A stretch of 64,000 nt of DNA from a virus. Where the stretch lies: the IMG/VR virus record IMGVR_UViG_3300039353_001106. The stretch is one strand, 5' to 3'. The position numbers and the translations under genes are program-made. The notes under the pieces are model-generated. The model searched no databases. It was not told the DNA's origin and saw only the letters and a program-made list of their open reading frames with translations. Positions 25,966-37,054 of this stretch are shown here, one piece after another (the stretch's first letter is position 1; every line of letters starts with the position of its first letter).

Positions 25966-28900
25966 TTATGATTTTATTTTTATCAAAGGTTTTATTTTAT
26001 AAATAAACCCTTTCTTTTTATTATATATTAGTCTTAAATTCAGTGGGTTTTCCGGATCTAATTTATATGTAAAATCATTTTTGATTTCATAATCATCATC
26101 GTCAACGGAAGATATCGTAGGTGAACTCTCGATCTCACTAAAGTGAGTTGCTGCTCTTTGTTTAAGTTCTTTAACATATAGGTTTATATTTCCAACCGTG
26201 TAAAGCGGTAAAATATTAGATTCAACATATCCTGAAACATCATCGTCTAAAGTGTCTACCCTTCCAAAACTATTTTCTAAAGAAACATATTGCTTTAGTG
26301 TATTTCTAACTCCTAAACTATCCAGTTCTCTAACAGCACTGTTTGTTAAATAAAAGTCTATTGTTATAGAATCTCGTTCTTCAACAAATAAAATTTCATT
26401 TTTTGAATTATTATTAAACTTTATAGCGTCTAGTTCTTCTATATTCTCTATTCTGTTAATAGTAAAATTGTAAACATCGTATGCCTCTCCAAGTTTCATA
26501 GCACTTGAGGAAATAAAGCTTTTATCTTGTTTAATGTTTTTTGTTCCGGGAACTTTAGTAGATTTCCCTTTACCAGAGGCTCTTAAATAAAAATCGCTTT
26601 CCCATCTAGATTTAAAAACATCTAAGTCTTTTTTATCAATTGCAATTTCTCCAGTCAGATTATATTTTGGTAAAAGGTCACTAGATTCAGAAAGCTTTAT
26701 AACTCCCTCCGTGCTAATTTCATTTACTTTATGGAAATAGTAATTTTTAATCTCTCCCCATCGGTCGTTGTAATTAGAATCTACTATTAAACCAATATCA
26801 AATAAAATACCGCATCCATTAAATTTTTTATAAAGAGACTGAGACATTTCTAACTCATCTAAATCTAAAATATTAAAATTGTAATTACCTTGAATCTCTT
26901 GTGACCAGTCAGTATCTATTTTATGCATTGAAAAAGGTTCTCTAAAAGTTACAATAGGTTTAGTGTCTATTGTATAGCTTCCATTATGTCTCTCTAATAT
27001 AGCAAAATATTCATTTCTTTTTTGAATATCATAACCTATAACATCGTTGTTTAAACCAAAAGATTTTGGTTTATTAGTATCAACCTCAACATATAAATCT
27101 GATTTTTTAATAACCTCAACACCAGGGCTCATCGATATAGAAAAATCATTTTCAATAATTGAACCGTCTTCTTTAACCGTAAAGTAGTCGACGTTTTTCC
27201 CATTGTCCAATTCTTCTTTAATGTTATTAACTGATAATTTTTCTAAAAGTTCAGCATGTGCTCCGATTCCACCACCTTCATAGGTGTATGTTGCAGTCAA
27301 CCATTGATTATCTGTATAAAAACCTGGCGTTGCAGAATTCCCAAACTCATCCGTTAAAAGACCTTTTATTTTTATTTTATTATTTGCTTCAACTGAAGCA
27401 ACCTCTAACATTAGGTTATCATTACCTATTGTTATAAATAATTTACCAAAAGTTCCATTTATAGGGTTTCTTAAAACCTGTGATAAAAATTCAGGATCTT
27501 CTCCTGTTAGTATATTTTGAAAACCATCTAATACATGTGAGCTTGTTGAAGTCAATGTTATATTTTGGCTATTTGCTAAATTTATAGCCCCAGAAATAGA
27601 GTTATTAGAATAAATTGTATCTATCTGAGCAGGGTTTATTGAATTGGGAAGAGTATCTATTATATTATCCAGCTCATATAAAAGCTTTCTATTTAAGTAA
27701 TTAACTCCTGTTGTTGGGTCTTCATTTAATTTTAAATCTAAATAAAGTACAAGCGTTTTCCACTTTTCATTTTTACAAACTTTTATAAAAAGTCCATTTG
27801 CTTCAGTAGCACTGTATGTTGTTTTAAGAACTGTAGAAAATTTGTAACCATTAAAATCAGGAGAATTAATAAATTCTTTCGTGAATTTTTCTGAAACGGT
27901 TTGAGCTTTTCTTTTTCTTAATTTAGGTGCAAATCTAATTCCCTTAAAAACAGTAGAAGGGTTAGATACTCCACTTCCTCCAGAAATTAAGGTGTATTTT
28001 TTATTTTTAGAAGTATACCCAAAAAGATTATCGCTTTCTAAAAAATTACCATTACTAACAAAATAATAGTCAAAATAATTAAATGAAATATCTTTAAAGC
28101 TATTAAAATCTAAATCAATATCTTCTGAAACTTTTAAATAACTGTAAAAGTCATTTATGTTCGTAGAGTCGGAATAACTTGGGTATTTATCTATATAAAA
28201 CCAGTCGTGGGTCATTTCTAAAGGGTCTCTGTTCCCGGTAAACATTGGTGAAAAATTGGTTTCTCCAAAAGCCTCATTAACGTTTAAATAGTATGGGTTT
28301 TCTCTAACATTTAAAGAATCTTTTAATTTCCATTTATTTACAAAAGGAACAGTCCTTGAAAATGTTGAAAAATCTTTTGAATCATTTTCTTTTAATCTTT
28401 CAAATTCACTCGATATAATTTCTGCATTTACAGAAGTTTTAGAATCTTCATCAAATAATAAATCTAAAAGTCTAGCATTATACCCATCCGGTTCTGCGTT
28501 TAAAACTCCAAGGTCATTATATGGGTTTATAGCAGGTGTTGCATATATACCTTGACCCTGTTCAGTGTCTAAAACATAATCTGTTCTTTCTTCATGTTGT
28601 AATTCTTTCCATTCTGAATTTGTAGTATCATAAAAATCAAAGTTTAAATCATGAATATCATAAGCAGAAAACATTCCCCATTTTAAATTAAAAGTACTAT
28701 AAACGTTTGTCAACCCGATAAGATTGTCGTTTTTTAAATTTAATATAACTTTCTTGTATTCCGAAACAACCTCTCTTGGATCATCAACTATTTCTAATAT
28801 TCTATTATACTTAACATCCTTTCCTAAAAAATACTCTCCACTTGAAATTGTATTAGCATCCTCCTCTGTTAAATATATTGATTCGTTCGAATAATTACCA

Positions 28901-30819
28901 CCCGAAAGGTGATAAACATCATAAAACTGCAGATAATTAGAAGAAATTTCAAGTTTATTAAGAACGTCTAAATTTTCTAATTCTAAAAAAACATTATTCG
29001 TGTTACTTAAAAATAAACCACAATTAAATTTACGGTATCCCTTTGAAGGGCTTTCTACTAAAACTGTATCACCATCTATTAAAGTTTTAAATCTTGTATT
29101 TTCTTTTATTATAGTATAAATAGAAAAGGCTATATTTTTAAGAGAACCATTACACGAGAAATTACTTCCTGATATTTTTCCTGCAGGAATTGTGCTATCC
29201 GCGAAAAAAGTGTTTTTAGTAACTTCAGTAGCTCCATAAGTTTGTTTGATTTTAACAGAACCTCCAGTACTTATGGTTTGAATAAATTGATGGTCTTCCT
29301 CCATATTAAATTCTTTTTCAGCCAACTCCAAAACCCACTTTCCACTTGCATTTTGTTGAACAATTGAATTATATTTAGTCCAATCTCCAGTCGCTATATC
29401 AATCGAGTTTTTCATAGCAATAAGTGTTAACTCTTCACTTCCAGGACTGGGCACTATTGAAATACCATTTAGGTTTTTATCTTCTATTTTTATATTTCCA
29501 GTAGAACCTAAAGAAGTTATACTAAACACCCATCTTTGTCTTTTAAGCGGGCTTAAATTAAGTATATTACCAGAGTTAGGAACGTCAATAACTTTTATTT
29601 TTAAAAAGTCTCCACCTCCTTCTAAATTTTCAACAACATCTACGGTTGCTTCAGTATTTTTTATACCTAAAAATTTAGAATAATCTACGCCATTAGACTC
29701 GATTGCGGTTTCTAAATTTTGTGAATTCCAATTTGCACCGTTCTTTATATTGTGATACCTATCTTCAGATTTAACCCAACCCAACATTGGCATATTAGAA
29801 AACCAATCGCTGTATGGAAGAGATTTCCAATCAGCTGAAACATCTAAATTGTGCGTTATTGTATCCTGTTTAAAAGTTATTAAATCACCTCCTGAAACTA
29901 TTTTTTTAATAGAATCTACCTCTCCTTCACCTATTTCAAAGTCGTCAACATAAACCCCAAAATATCTGTTTATAGAAAACTCCTCCGCCAAGTCATCATC
30001 GAATAAAAACTCTAGATTCATTATATTAGCACATGCCATCGAGTTTCTAGAAAAACCATCAGTTATAAATTGGTTGTATTCAATTAAGGGCTTATCTGTT
30101 AATGTAGTATCTTTAGTATGGAATTCTCCTTTAGAAACAAAACCACCTTTTATAAGGTCTATTCCATTATAAAAAGATTGGTCACCTTTGTTAAAAGAAT
30201 ATGTAATCGGTGAATTAGGAAATTCTTTAGATTCAACATGCTTTCTAATATATTTTCCTATATCAGATTCTTTTGTTAAATCGAATGATTTAATAAGAGA
30301 AGATCCCGCTAAAAGGATATTTATTTTATCTGACTTAGTAGAAACGCTTTCTATATCATTATCTATCGGCTTGTTAGCTCTATAAATTAAAAACTTTTTA
30401 GGTACATTTTTATCTAACCATATCGGAGCGAGTATTCTTAAACTATAGTCATGTAATTTAGAATAGTTTACAGTCGTTCCGTAACAGTATGTTTTTTCAA
30501 ATTGTTTATCAAAGCTATCTAAAACTGAAAAATCACTATTTTCTTTTTTAACATGGAACGCTAAATCTAAAGGAGTGTTATTTATACTCCAAAAAGAAGA
30601 AACGTCGTAACTATAATCTCCGGAAGGTTTAATTATATATTTTTTGTATCTAGCATCTGCTAACTCTGTCGTAGCGTTAAAGCTCTCTAAATACATGTTG
30701 TCATTTTCAACTACAACTTTTACATTCGAAGAAAGTTTAGGGTTAGTTCTTAAAATAGGTTTAGAAATAAAATCTAACTTACCATTGTTTTCAATATCTG
30801 TTCTTACAACTCTAGGCAT
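25966..30819 (-). CDS. Large virion/baseplate structural protein (1617 aa)
   Basis: Very long ORF in the baseplate block with a late motif upstream; no specific family recognised. Confidence 0.6.
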   Translation of the reverse strand: MPRVVRTDIENNGKLDFISKPILRTNPKLSSNVKVVVENDNMYLESFNATTELADARYKKYIIKPSGDYSYDVSSFWSINNTPLDLAFHVKKENSDFSVLDSFDKQFEKTYCYGTTVNYSKLHDYSLRILAPIWLDKNVPKKFLIYRANKPIDNDIESVSTKSDKINILLAGSSLIKSFDLTKESDIGKYIRKHVESKEFPNSPITYSFNKGDQSFYNGIDLIKGGFVSKGEFHTKDTTLTDKPLIEYNQFITDGFSRNSMACANIMNLEFLFDDDLAEEFSINRYFGVYVDDFEIGEGEVDSIKKIVSGGDLITFKQDTITHNLDVSADWKSLPYSDWFSNMPMLGWVKSEDRYHNIKNGANWNSQNLETAIESNGVDYSKFLGIKNTEATVDVVENLEGGGDFLKIKVIDVPNSGNILNLSPLKRQRWVFSITSLGSTGNIKIEDKNLNGISIVPSPGSEELTLIAMKNSIDIATGDWTKYNSIVQQNASGKWVLELAEKEFNMEEDHQFIQTISTGGSVKIKQTYGATEVTKNTFFADSTIPAGKISGSNFSCNGSLKNIAFSIYTIIKENTRFKTLIDGDTVLVESPSKGYRKFNCGLFLSNTNNVFLELENLDVLNKLEISSNYLQFYDVYHLSGGNYSNESIYLTEEDANTISSGEYFLGKDVKYNRILEIVDDPREVVSEYKKVILNLKNDNLIGLTNVYSTFNLKWGMFSAYDIHDLNFDFYDTTNSEWKELQHEERTDYVLDTEQGQGIYATPAINPYNDLGVLNAEPDGYNARLLDLLFDEDSKTSVNAEIISSEFERLKENDSKDFSTFSRTVPFVNKWKLKDSLNVRENPYYLNVNEAFGETNFSPMFTGNRDPLEMTHDWFYIDKYPSYSDSTNINDFYSYLKVSEDIDLDFNSFKDISFNYFDYYFVSNGNFLESDNLFGYTSKNKKYTLISGGSGVSNPSTVFKGIRFAPKLRKRKAQTVSEKFTKEFINSPDFNGYKFSTVLKTTYSATEANGLFIKVCKNEKWKTLVLYLDLKLNEDPTTGVNYLNRKLLYELDNIIDTLPNSINPAQIDTIYSNNSISGAINLANSQNITLTSTSSHVLDGFQNILTGEDPEFLSQVLRNPINGTFGKLFITIGNDNLMLEVASVEANNKIKIKGLLTDEFGNSATPGFYTDNQWLTATYTYEGGGIGAHAELLEKLSVNNIKEELDNGKNVDYFTVKEDGSIIENDFSISMSPGVEVIKKSDLYVEVDTNKPKSFGLNNDVIGYDIQKRNEYFAILERHNGSYTIDTKPIVTFREPFSMHKIDTDWSQEIQGNYNFNILDLDELEMSQSLYKKFNGCGILFDIGLIVDSNYNDRWGEIKNYYFHKVNEISTEGVIKLSESSDLLPKYNLTGEIAIDKKDLDVFKSRWESDFYLRASGKGKSTKVPGTKNIKQDKSFISSSAMKLGEAYDVYNFTINRIENIEELDAIKFNNNSKNEILFVEERDSITIDFYLTNSAVRELDSLGVRNTLKQYVSLENSFGRVDTLDDDVSGYVESNILPLYTVGNINLYVKELKQRAATHFSEIESSPTISSVDDDDYEIKNDFTYKLDPENPLNLRLIYNKKKGFIYKIKPLIKIKS

Positions 30820-30853
30820 CTACATTATTTTTTTTACGATATATTACTAAGAT

Positions 30854-30861
30854 TATATATC
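30854..30861 (-). promoter_or_regulatory. Late-promoter-like motif GATATATA
   Basis: 34 nt upstream of ATG at 30819. Confidence 0.55.
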
Positions 30862-30877
30862 ATATTTTGTAGAGGTA

Positions 30878-33800
30878 TTAGATAGTATTCTTATTTAATC
30901 TAACGGCTTTTACGTTTTTAAGATTTTTTCCTTTTGGTTTATACTTAGCGAACACCTCTAAATCAAAAGAAAACTGATTATCATTTGAATCAAAAATATC
31001 AAGTCCTATTGTTTTTGAATAGGTTAAATTATTTAACGGTACGTTTTTTCTACCACCAACAAGGCCATTATTGTTATCTACAAAAACTTGATTCTGTCCA
31101 TCACCTTCCGTGACTCCAAAATAATCTGTCATTCTGTATTGAAAAACAACATCAACAGAAAGTTTAGCTGATTTCTTTTTGACATTACCAACCTCTTTTG
31201 AACTTATTGTACCTAAAGTCTTTTTACCAAATTTATTATCAGCATCAACTTTTAAGCTCTGTGTATTTGTTGGAGAAAGAAAAAGATAACTTCCACACGA
31301 TGCTCCTCCTAAAAGGTATTGATCGTTTTCTTCAAACCCCATTTTAACACCTCTTGACCAAGTTGCTGTTGTATAACCACATTGCATATATCCATAATCT
31401 TCAGAAGCTCTTAAGTTTGCCCATCTTGATTGTGCATTTCCTCCAGCACTCCACCAGTTAGGTGTTGTTCCTCTTAAATATGGGTGATCGGCATGAACAT
31501 ATATGTTTGTGTCATAATCATAAGATGTTTCATCTAAATCTGAAGTTGCAATAACATCAGGTACAGATCCGGAAGATTGACCACTATCAAAAGTTCCTTC
31601 CCAAATAAAATCAGTTGCTAAAGCTCCAGAATTACCTGAAAGTGAGGTACCGTCAACTCCATATATTTCATAATCAGCTGGAGTACTAGTGGTTGTTTGT
31701 GTAGTTCCCATCGAATAGTCGAAATTTCCTTCTGAATATAATGCCTTTTCACCTGAAACATTCATAAATCTACTGTATATCCACTGTCCTTTTAATTGAG
31801 TAGACTGAAATGGGTTTTGGTGAAAATGATTATTAGATTGATATTGTATCGTTAAAAGGTTTTGATACTGTACAGGTACCATATCATACCTTCCTTCAAC
31901 AGTGTAGTATGTATCGTTTATTACTCTTGCATTAATTACAGGGTTAGGTATATTTGCATAATCATTTGTTCCCATAAGAGAATCAATTATATTTTGTGCA
32001 TTTGATGATTGGTATACAGGGTCCTGTCTATCTCCTATAATTCTAGCTATTAATTCTAGTTCAGTTGATTTGCTATTTTCTAGAAGAAGCTTATATGTTT
32101 TTGTAACGATGTGACCTTTTCTAATATTAAGATCTGCAACCTCATCTGTATAATAACCTGCAAAAAGTTTGTTAGTCGTATTAGCCTCTATTTCAGTTAC
32201 AATTCCTTCATCATCTACAATACTTACCGCTAATTCTCCAACGGCATTTAATAATTTCTCTCTCAAAAATGTTATTTCATTTTGCAAGTCTATTAATTTA
32301 TCAAAAAGACTTATTGGAGACTGTTCATCACTTAAAAAACCTGAAGCAATGTTCGTAGCTCCATGTGTATAATATTTTTCATTAGCAGTAAAGCTATCTG
32401 ATATATGTGTATATAACCCTTTAGAGTCTAATTCTTCTACAAGCTGTACGTATGTTGTTTCTTTAGAATTCTCTTCTATAAGATTTACAGTTTTGCTTGT
32501 ATCTAATAAGCCCTCTGGAAAGTCAATTTTAATTATATCGCTCCAATCAGACTCTACTGGATTCGCTGGGTACCCTGCCTCAGAAATAGCCTTCATTCTG
32601 ATTTCCACATTTTCACCAAGATTTATCGGCAGGTCTAATTGATTAAAGTTTACCTCTTGTCCGTCTTCAACACTAGTTGTAGACCAAATATATTTACCAG
32701 TTATAGAATCTCTTTTTCTTTCTCTAGCAGGCGTTTCGTATGCTATCCAATTAGAAAAACTGGCTGTAGTCTTTTTAGTTTTACCACCTCTTTTTTGTTT
32801 AAATGGAATTTGAGCAATATTACTAGCCTTTCCACTTGAAGAAACATATCTATATTGAATTCTAAATTTAACAATTTCTTGAGGTAGGGTGTCTGCATTT
32901 GTTTTAGCATCTGGAATATTCCAAAAACCTCTTGCCCTAAATTTAGGTTTTAAATCAGTTATGTTTTGGTCTTTATTAATACTTTGTATCTGATTGACTA
33001 TTGAAGAATAGAGCTTGGCTTCACTGCTTCTTTTTTCTACAAGATTGTTTAAAGTATTTTTATCTTTATTTTTCTCAATATCAGATTTATACGTCTTTGT
33101 AGCTATTTCGCTTCTTTTAGAAACAATAGTTCCGTCTAATTTTTTAATATTTTCAGCAACTGATATTTTATCGTTAGATAATTTCTTAATAGAATCAAAT
33201 GCATCATTTTCTGTTAAGTGAGTATTTATTTGTATAACTTTAAAATTATCAACATCTAATTCAACAGCATCTGGCTCTATACCAACGGTTGCCGGTGGAA
33301 TAAAATCTTCCTTTAGTGATTTAATAAATTGTCCGAAGTCAGCAACTGTATTTCTATAATATGTTGCTAAATTTTCTTCTAGTCCATCATCTTTTTTAAT
33401 TGTTAAATCGTTAGAGTAAAACCCAACACCAGGTGACCAGTCTTCTGCTAATATCTTAGAATCTGGATCGATAGGTTTAAAGAATACAACTTGTCTCTCA
33501 TCAAATGCAACATTTATAGATAAATTAACTTTCTCTTCCAATGACTTGTATATACATAATTGCTCTGCTCCTATTTTAATAGAATCAAAACCTTCTAATA
33601 ATTTTAATTCTAATTGAAGAGTTCCAGAATATATGTTTACAATTTCATAAAGAGTAGAGTTATTACCTGAGTTTACAATAAGTTTATCACCTATGCTTAA
33701 AAATTCAGTTTCTTTTAATTCTTTATTAGAATCAGTGTATGTTAATTTATTAACAGTATATAATTTTTTTGTAACTTTAGTAGCTTGACCTTTTACAATC

Positions 33801-34495
33801 ACTTCTTTTTTAGCACTTTCAACTCCTGTTATATCAAACTTGCCGTAGTATTGTGTACTTCTATATGGTAGGTCTCTTACCTGTTCGTCAATAGTAACAT
33901 TAACACCATCTGTTATTATAGAATTCATAACAGTTTGGTAATTCAGTTCTGAAGAACCTAGATAATTATCTTCAAAATAAGTTTGTGCAAACGCGTCATC
34001 AGTTGGAAATAAAACCCTTTTTACTAAAACTCTTTCAGTGTCTGATGGAATTTGACCACTAACATCAAAATTAACATTTAATAATGGGTTTAAGTAGTCT
34101 TCAAAAAAGTCGTTACTTTTTGATTCAAAATAAGAAGGTGAGTTCAAAGAAGTTATATTTGCTCCTGCACTTTTAAATTTTTTAGCTACTATTTTTTTGT
34201 AAGAACCGTTAGGCATCTTAATACTAGCATCTGCAGATCCTAAACCTGTAAGGGCTTTTAAATTTCTTTCTAGTCTTTTAATTTCTCTATCTAAATAACT
34301 AAATGAAGGTATTTGATATGTTTGTAAAGTTTCTTCTCCTTCTGGAGTATCTTTACCAAAAAGGTCTATCTTAATAGTAACGTTGTCTTCTTCACTACTA
34401 ACCGCCCTATTAATACCCTCAAAAATCTCAAGTGAATTTGTGTTCAATTGAGAAAATCTCTTAATTACTTCTGAAAACGAGTTAAATGTATCCAT
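30878..34495 (-). CDS. Large structural protein (1205 aa) with central coiled coil
   Basis: Long ORF; context; FN3-like segment (IRMKAISEAG..SDWSD). Confidence 0.55.
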   Translation of the reverse strand: MDTFNSFSEVIKRFSQLNTNSLEIFEGINRAVSSEEDNVTIKIDLFGKDTPEGEETLQTYQIPSFSYLDREIKRLERNLKALTGLGSADASIKMPNGSYKKIVAKKFKSAGANITSLNSPSYFESKSNDFFEDYLNPLLNVNFDVSGQIPSDTERVLVKRVLFPTDDAFAQTYFEDNYLGSSELNYQTVMNSIITDGVNVTIDEQVRDLPYRSTQYYGKFDITGVESAKKEVIVKGQATKVTKKLYTVNKLTYTDSNKELKETEFLSIGDKLIVNSGNNSTLYEIVNIYSGTLQLELKLLEGFDSIKIGAEQLCIYKSLEEKVNLSINVAFDERQVVFFKPIDPDSKILAEDWSPGVGFYSNDLTIKKDDGLEENLATYYRNTVADFGQFIKSLKEDFIPPATVGIEPDAVELDVDNFKVIQINTHLTENDAFDSIKKLSNDKISVAENIKKLDGTIVSKRSEIATKTYKSDIEKNKDKNTLNNLVEKRSSEAKLYSSIVNQIQSINKDQNITDLKPKFRARGFWNIPDAKTNADTLPQEIVKFRIQYRYVSSSGKASNIAQIPFKQKRGGKTKKTTASFSNWIAYETPARERKRDSITGKYIWSTTSVEDGQEVNFNQLDLPINLGENVEIRMKAISEAGYPANPVESDWSDIIKIDFPEGLLDTSKTVNLIEENSKETTYVQLVEELDSKGLYTHISDSFTANEKYYTHGATNIASGFLSDEQSPISLFDKLIDLQNEITFLREKLLNAVGELAVSIVDDEGIVTEIEANTTNKLFAGYYTDEVADLNIRKGHIVTKTYKLLLENSKSTELELIARIIGDRQDPVYQSSNAQNIIDSLMGTNDYANIPNPVINARVINDTYYTVEGRYDMVPVQYQNLLTIQYQSNNHFHQNPFQSTQLKGQWIYSRFMNVSGEKALYSEGNFDYSMGTTQTTTSTPADYEIYGVDGTSLSGNSGALATDFIWEGTFDSGQSSGSVPDVIATSDLDETSYDYDTNIYVHADHPYLRGTTPNWWSAGGNAQSRWANLRASEDYGYMQCGYTTATWSRGVKMGFEENDQYLLGGASCGSYLFLSPTNTQSLKVDADNKFGKKTLGTISSKEVGNVKKKSAKLSVDVVFQYRMTDYFGVTEGDGQNQVFVDNNNGLVGGRKNVPLNNLTYSKTIGLDIFDSNDNQFSFDLEVFAKYKPKGKNLKNVKAVRLNKNTI

Positions 34496-34502
34496 CTATT
34501 TT

Positions 34503-36464
34503 TTATCTTATTATGTCTATTTCAAATTGATAATTTGCAGCACTTGTACAAACTATTTCAAAATAAGGACTTCCACTCAATTCTGAAGAACTTAAAGTGT
34601 CTATCAAAATATCGAAATTCCCATGAAAGTTCGTATAAATGCTTATATTATTTCCATTTAGGTTTAAATCTTCGAAAACAACCTTAAAAGATTGACCATC
34701 TTGCCACTTTATAAGTTTGTCATCTATGTATATATTAATATTATTATCAGCCTCGGTTTGGGCTGTTTTACCAGCTAATCTAAGCTGATTTGTAAATTCT
34801 TTTAATCTAGTCCAAATTCCCCATGATGTAGCAAATTGCGGATCATAAGGACTCGAATCAGATATTTCTGTTCCAACAGAAAGCGTACTTTCATTCCAAT
34901 TAAATGGCTTATTGAAAGTATATGTCTTCATGTTGTTTTTAATTTTAATTTTATTAGGTATTGTTTTGTCAACTAATATCCCAGAGTCGGCAAACAAAAC
35001 ATCGGTATTGTATTGAACCTCTGTCGGTATAGTACCGTCAATAAGACTAGAAATTCTAGAGTTTGCATTAGAAATTAAACTCAGTAGAGAATTAGAATCA
35101 GAAAGATTTAAACTTGTGTTTTCAAAACTTTCTTCTAATTCTAAAATTCTGGTTTCTAAATTATCAGAGTCTGTTAAACCACTAATAAGATTCTCCATAT
35201 CTATTAATCTAGTTTCTAAACCAGTATATCTTTTATTCGCTTTTAATAATAGACTTGTAGCGTTTACTAACGAACTTGTAGTGTCCATAAACATATCCAT
35301 AGAAAACGTGGTAAAATCATTAATATTAATTTCTGTTCCCACATTATCTAGTGAGGAATTAAATTTAAGATTTACCTTTAAACCAAAGGCGTTACCATTA
35401 AGACCAGTAATTTCATTTGGTTTATATTTCTTTAATCTTGGAATAGTATAATCACCAGAAGGTCCTGAAACATTCTGAGGGTTGTCCAATATTAAAACAC
35501 CGTATAAATTTCTTGCTGAATTAGCAGGGTTTGATTGGCTAAAAATATCATAGTATAATAGAATAGCATTAAAACTAAAATCTCCACCGTTTTCAGCAAA
35601 GTCTTGTAAAGTATCTATTTTAGAATTACTCGCTATTTGGTGATAATTACCAATAGACCAATCAATTCCCATAGGTAGAGTAGAATTAGAATCAATATCA
35701 TAATATCCTCTAGTATTGTTTAAGGGGTCTTCAGGAATATCTATTAAAGTCTCTAAATGCATCTTAGGATCTGGATGTGTTTGACCACTTCTACCATTGA
35801 TATCAGAGTCTGCGTATATTTTATTACCACTATTATTATAATTAGTAGTTTCAAATAGAATAGTTGGAGTATATCCAACCCCTGAAGGAACGTTAACAAA
35901 AACCTCGTGGTATGTTTGTCCCTTAAAGTGAATATCATTATTAGCATCTATTGTACCTAAAAATTTTACAACTCTTTCATAGTCCGCGGCAGTTTGCGAT
36001 GCTTCTGAATTTTCTGTAAATTTTCCAGTAGACGTTGATTCATTTGAATCAGCAGGTTTAAACCTAACTGCTCCAGATTTATCTAAATATTTAAAGAATA
36101 TTTTTTCAGCATCTGATTCTAATAATGTACTATCAAAATCATCGTCCTGTAATAATAGTTCTTCTAAATTTAACGCGTAATTTTGGAAAGTATTAGCAAA
36201 AGAAACTGCTTTATTTCCACTATCCATTGCCGCAATATCATACGACCCTCCGCTATAATCTAAAAACTGTTCAAAGTCTAATGTATTTTCATTATGGCTC
36301 TGATCTGGTATTTTTAGTTCCGGTAAATTTATAAGTGCATAATTGCTAAAATCAAACTGAAGATCGGGATTATTAAAAGCCCTTGTAATATCTCTTGTTC
36401 CACTAGCAAAGGCGTATAAAGTTCCTCCCTGTATTTGTGGTATTCTAATTAATGGTGCTGCCAT
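34503..36464 (-). CDS. Structural protein (653 aa)
   Basis: Context; coiled-coil linker near residues 410-470. Confidence 0.55.
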   Translation of the reverse strand: MAAPLIRIPQIQGGTLYAFASGTRDITRAFNNPDLQFDFSNYALINLPELKIPDQSHNENTLDFEQFLDYSGGSYDIAAMDSGNKAVSFANTFQNYALNLEELLLQDDDFDSTLLESDAEKIFFKYLDKSGAVRFKPADSNESTSTGKFTENSEASQTAADYERVVKFLGTIDANNDIHFKGQTYHEVFVNVPSGVGYTPTILFETTNYNNSGNKIYADSDINGRSGQTHPDPKMHLETLIDIPEDPLNNTRGYYDIDSNSTLPMGIDWSIGNYHQIASNSKIDTLQDFAENGGDFSFNAILLYYDIFSQSNPANSARNLYGVLILDNPQNVSGPSGDYTIPRLKKYKPNEITGLNGNAFGLKVNLKFNSSLDNVGTEININDFTTFSMDMFMDTTSSLVNATSLLLKANKRYTGLETRLIDMENLISGLTDSDNLETRILELEESFENTSLNLSDSNSLLSLISNANSRISSLIDGTIPTEVQYNTDVLFADSGILVDKTIPNKIKIKNNMKTYTFNKPFNWNESTLSVGTEISDSSPYDPQFATSWGIWTRLKEFTNQLRLAGKTAQTEADNNINIYIDDKLIKWQDGQSFKVVFEDLNLNGNNISIYTNFHGNFDILIDTLSSSELSGSPYFEIVCTSAANYQFEIDIIR

Positions 36465-36483
36465 TTACTCCTATTTATTTTTA

Positions 36484-37041
36484 TTAACTAAATTGTGCTC
36501 CACCTGATTTCCCTACACAATACCACCAAACATTACCATTTCCACTGTCAATAGCTCTTAATTCAACAGCATCTCCCGTATTTGGTAATTCAGCCGTGTT
36601 GATTCCAGATATTGTTGAAGGATCTAATATAACATTTCCGCCCGTATCTGCTATTAACATTATTTCTTGACCATGTTGGCCAGCTGGTAATGTTATAGGA
36701 GTTCCAGTGTCTTGTACAAAATAAGTGTGAGAGCTGAATGTTGTAGCGAAAGAAGTAACTCCCGATGCCATTGAACCTTCAACTGCTGTTTTGAAAACCG
36801 TACCTTGAAAATCTGCTGATCCAGAAAGTGTAATATCACTTGCTGTAACGTTTATCAATGTTGAACCTCCGGAAACACTAAGTTGTGTCGCGGTAATAGC
36901 AACTCCTGTTATTGTAGCCGCTGTTGTGTCTAAATAAGTAGATATGTCATCTACCCTATCTTGTAATTCTACAAAATTATCATTAAGTGTAATTCTCGAT
37001 GATGAGAGTGAATCTGTTCCTAAAATTTCTATAACTGCCAT
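36484..37041 (-). CDS. Short fibre/baseplate protein (185 aa) with gp9/gp10-like N-terminal motif
   Basis: VIEILGTDSLSSSRITLNDNFVEL resembles the KINxNF trimer-anchoring motif. Confidence 0.55.
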   Translation of the reverse strand: MAVIEILGTDSLSSSRITLNDNFVELQDRVDDISTYLDTTAATITGVAITATQLSVSGGSTLINVTASDITLSGSADFQGTVFKTAVEGSMASGVTSFATTFSSHTYFVQDTGTPITLPAGQHGQEIMLIADTGGNVILDPSTISGINTAELPNTGDAVELRAIDSGNGNVWWYCVGKSGGAQFS

Positions 37042-37054
37042 GTTTTAATTTTTT

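Noticed and set aside
36465-36480. AGGAG Shine-Dalgarno before the 653-aa gene
   Set aside because: Only 3 nt from the ATG and an isolated case; chance occurrence is plausible.
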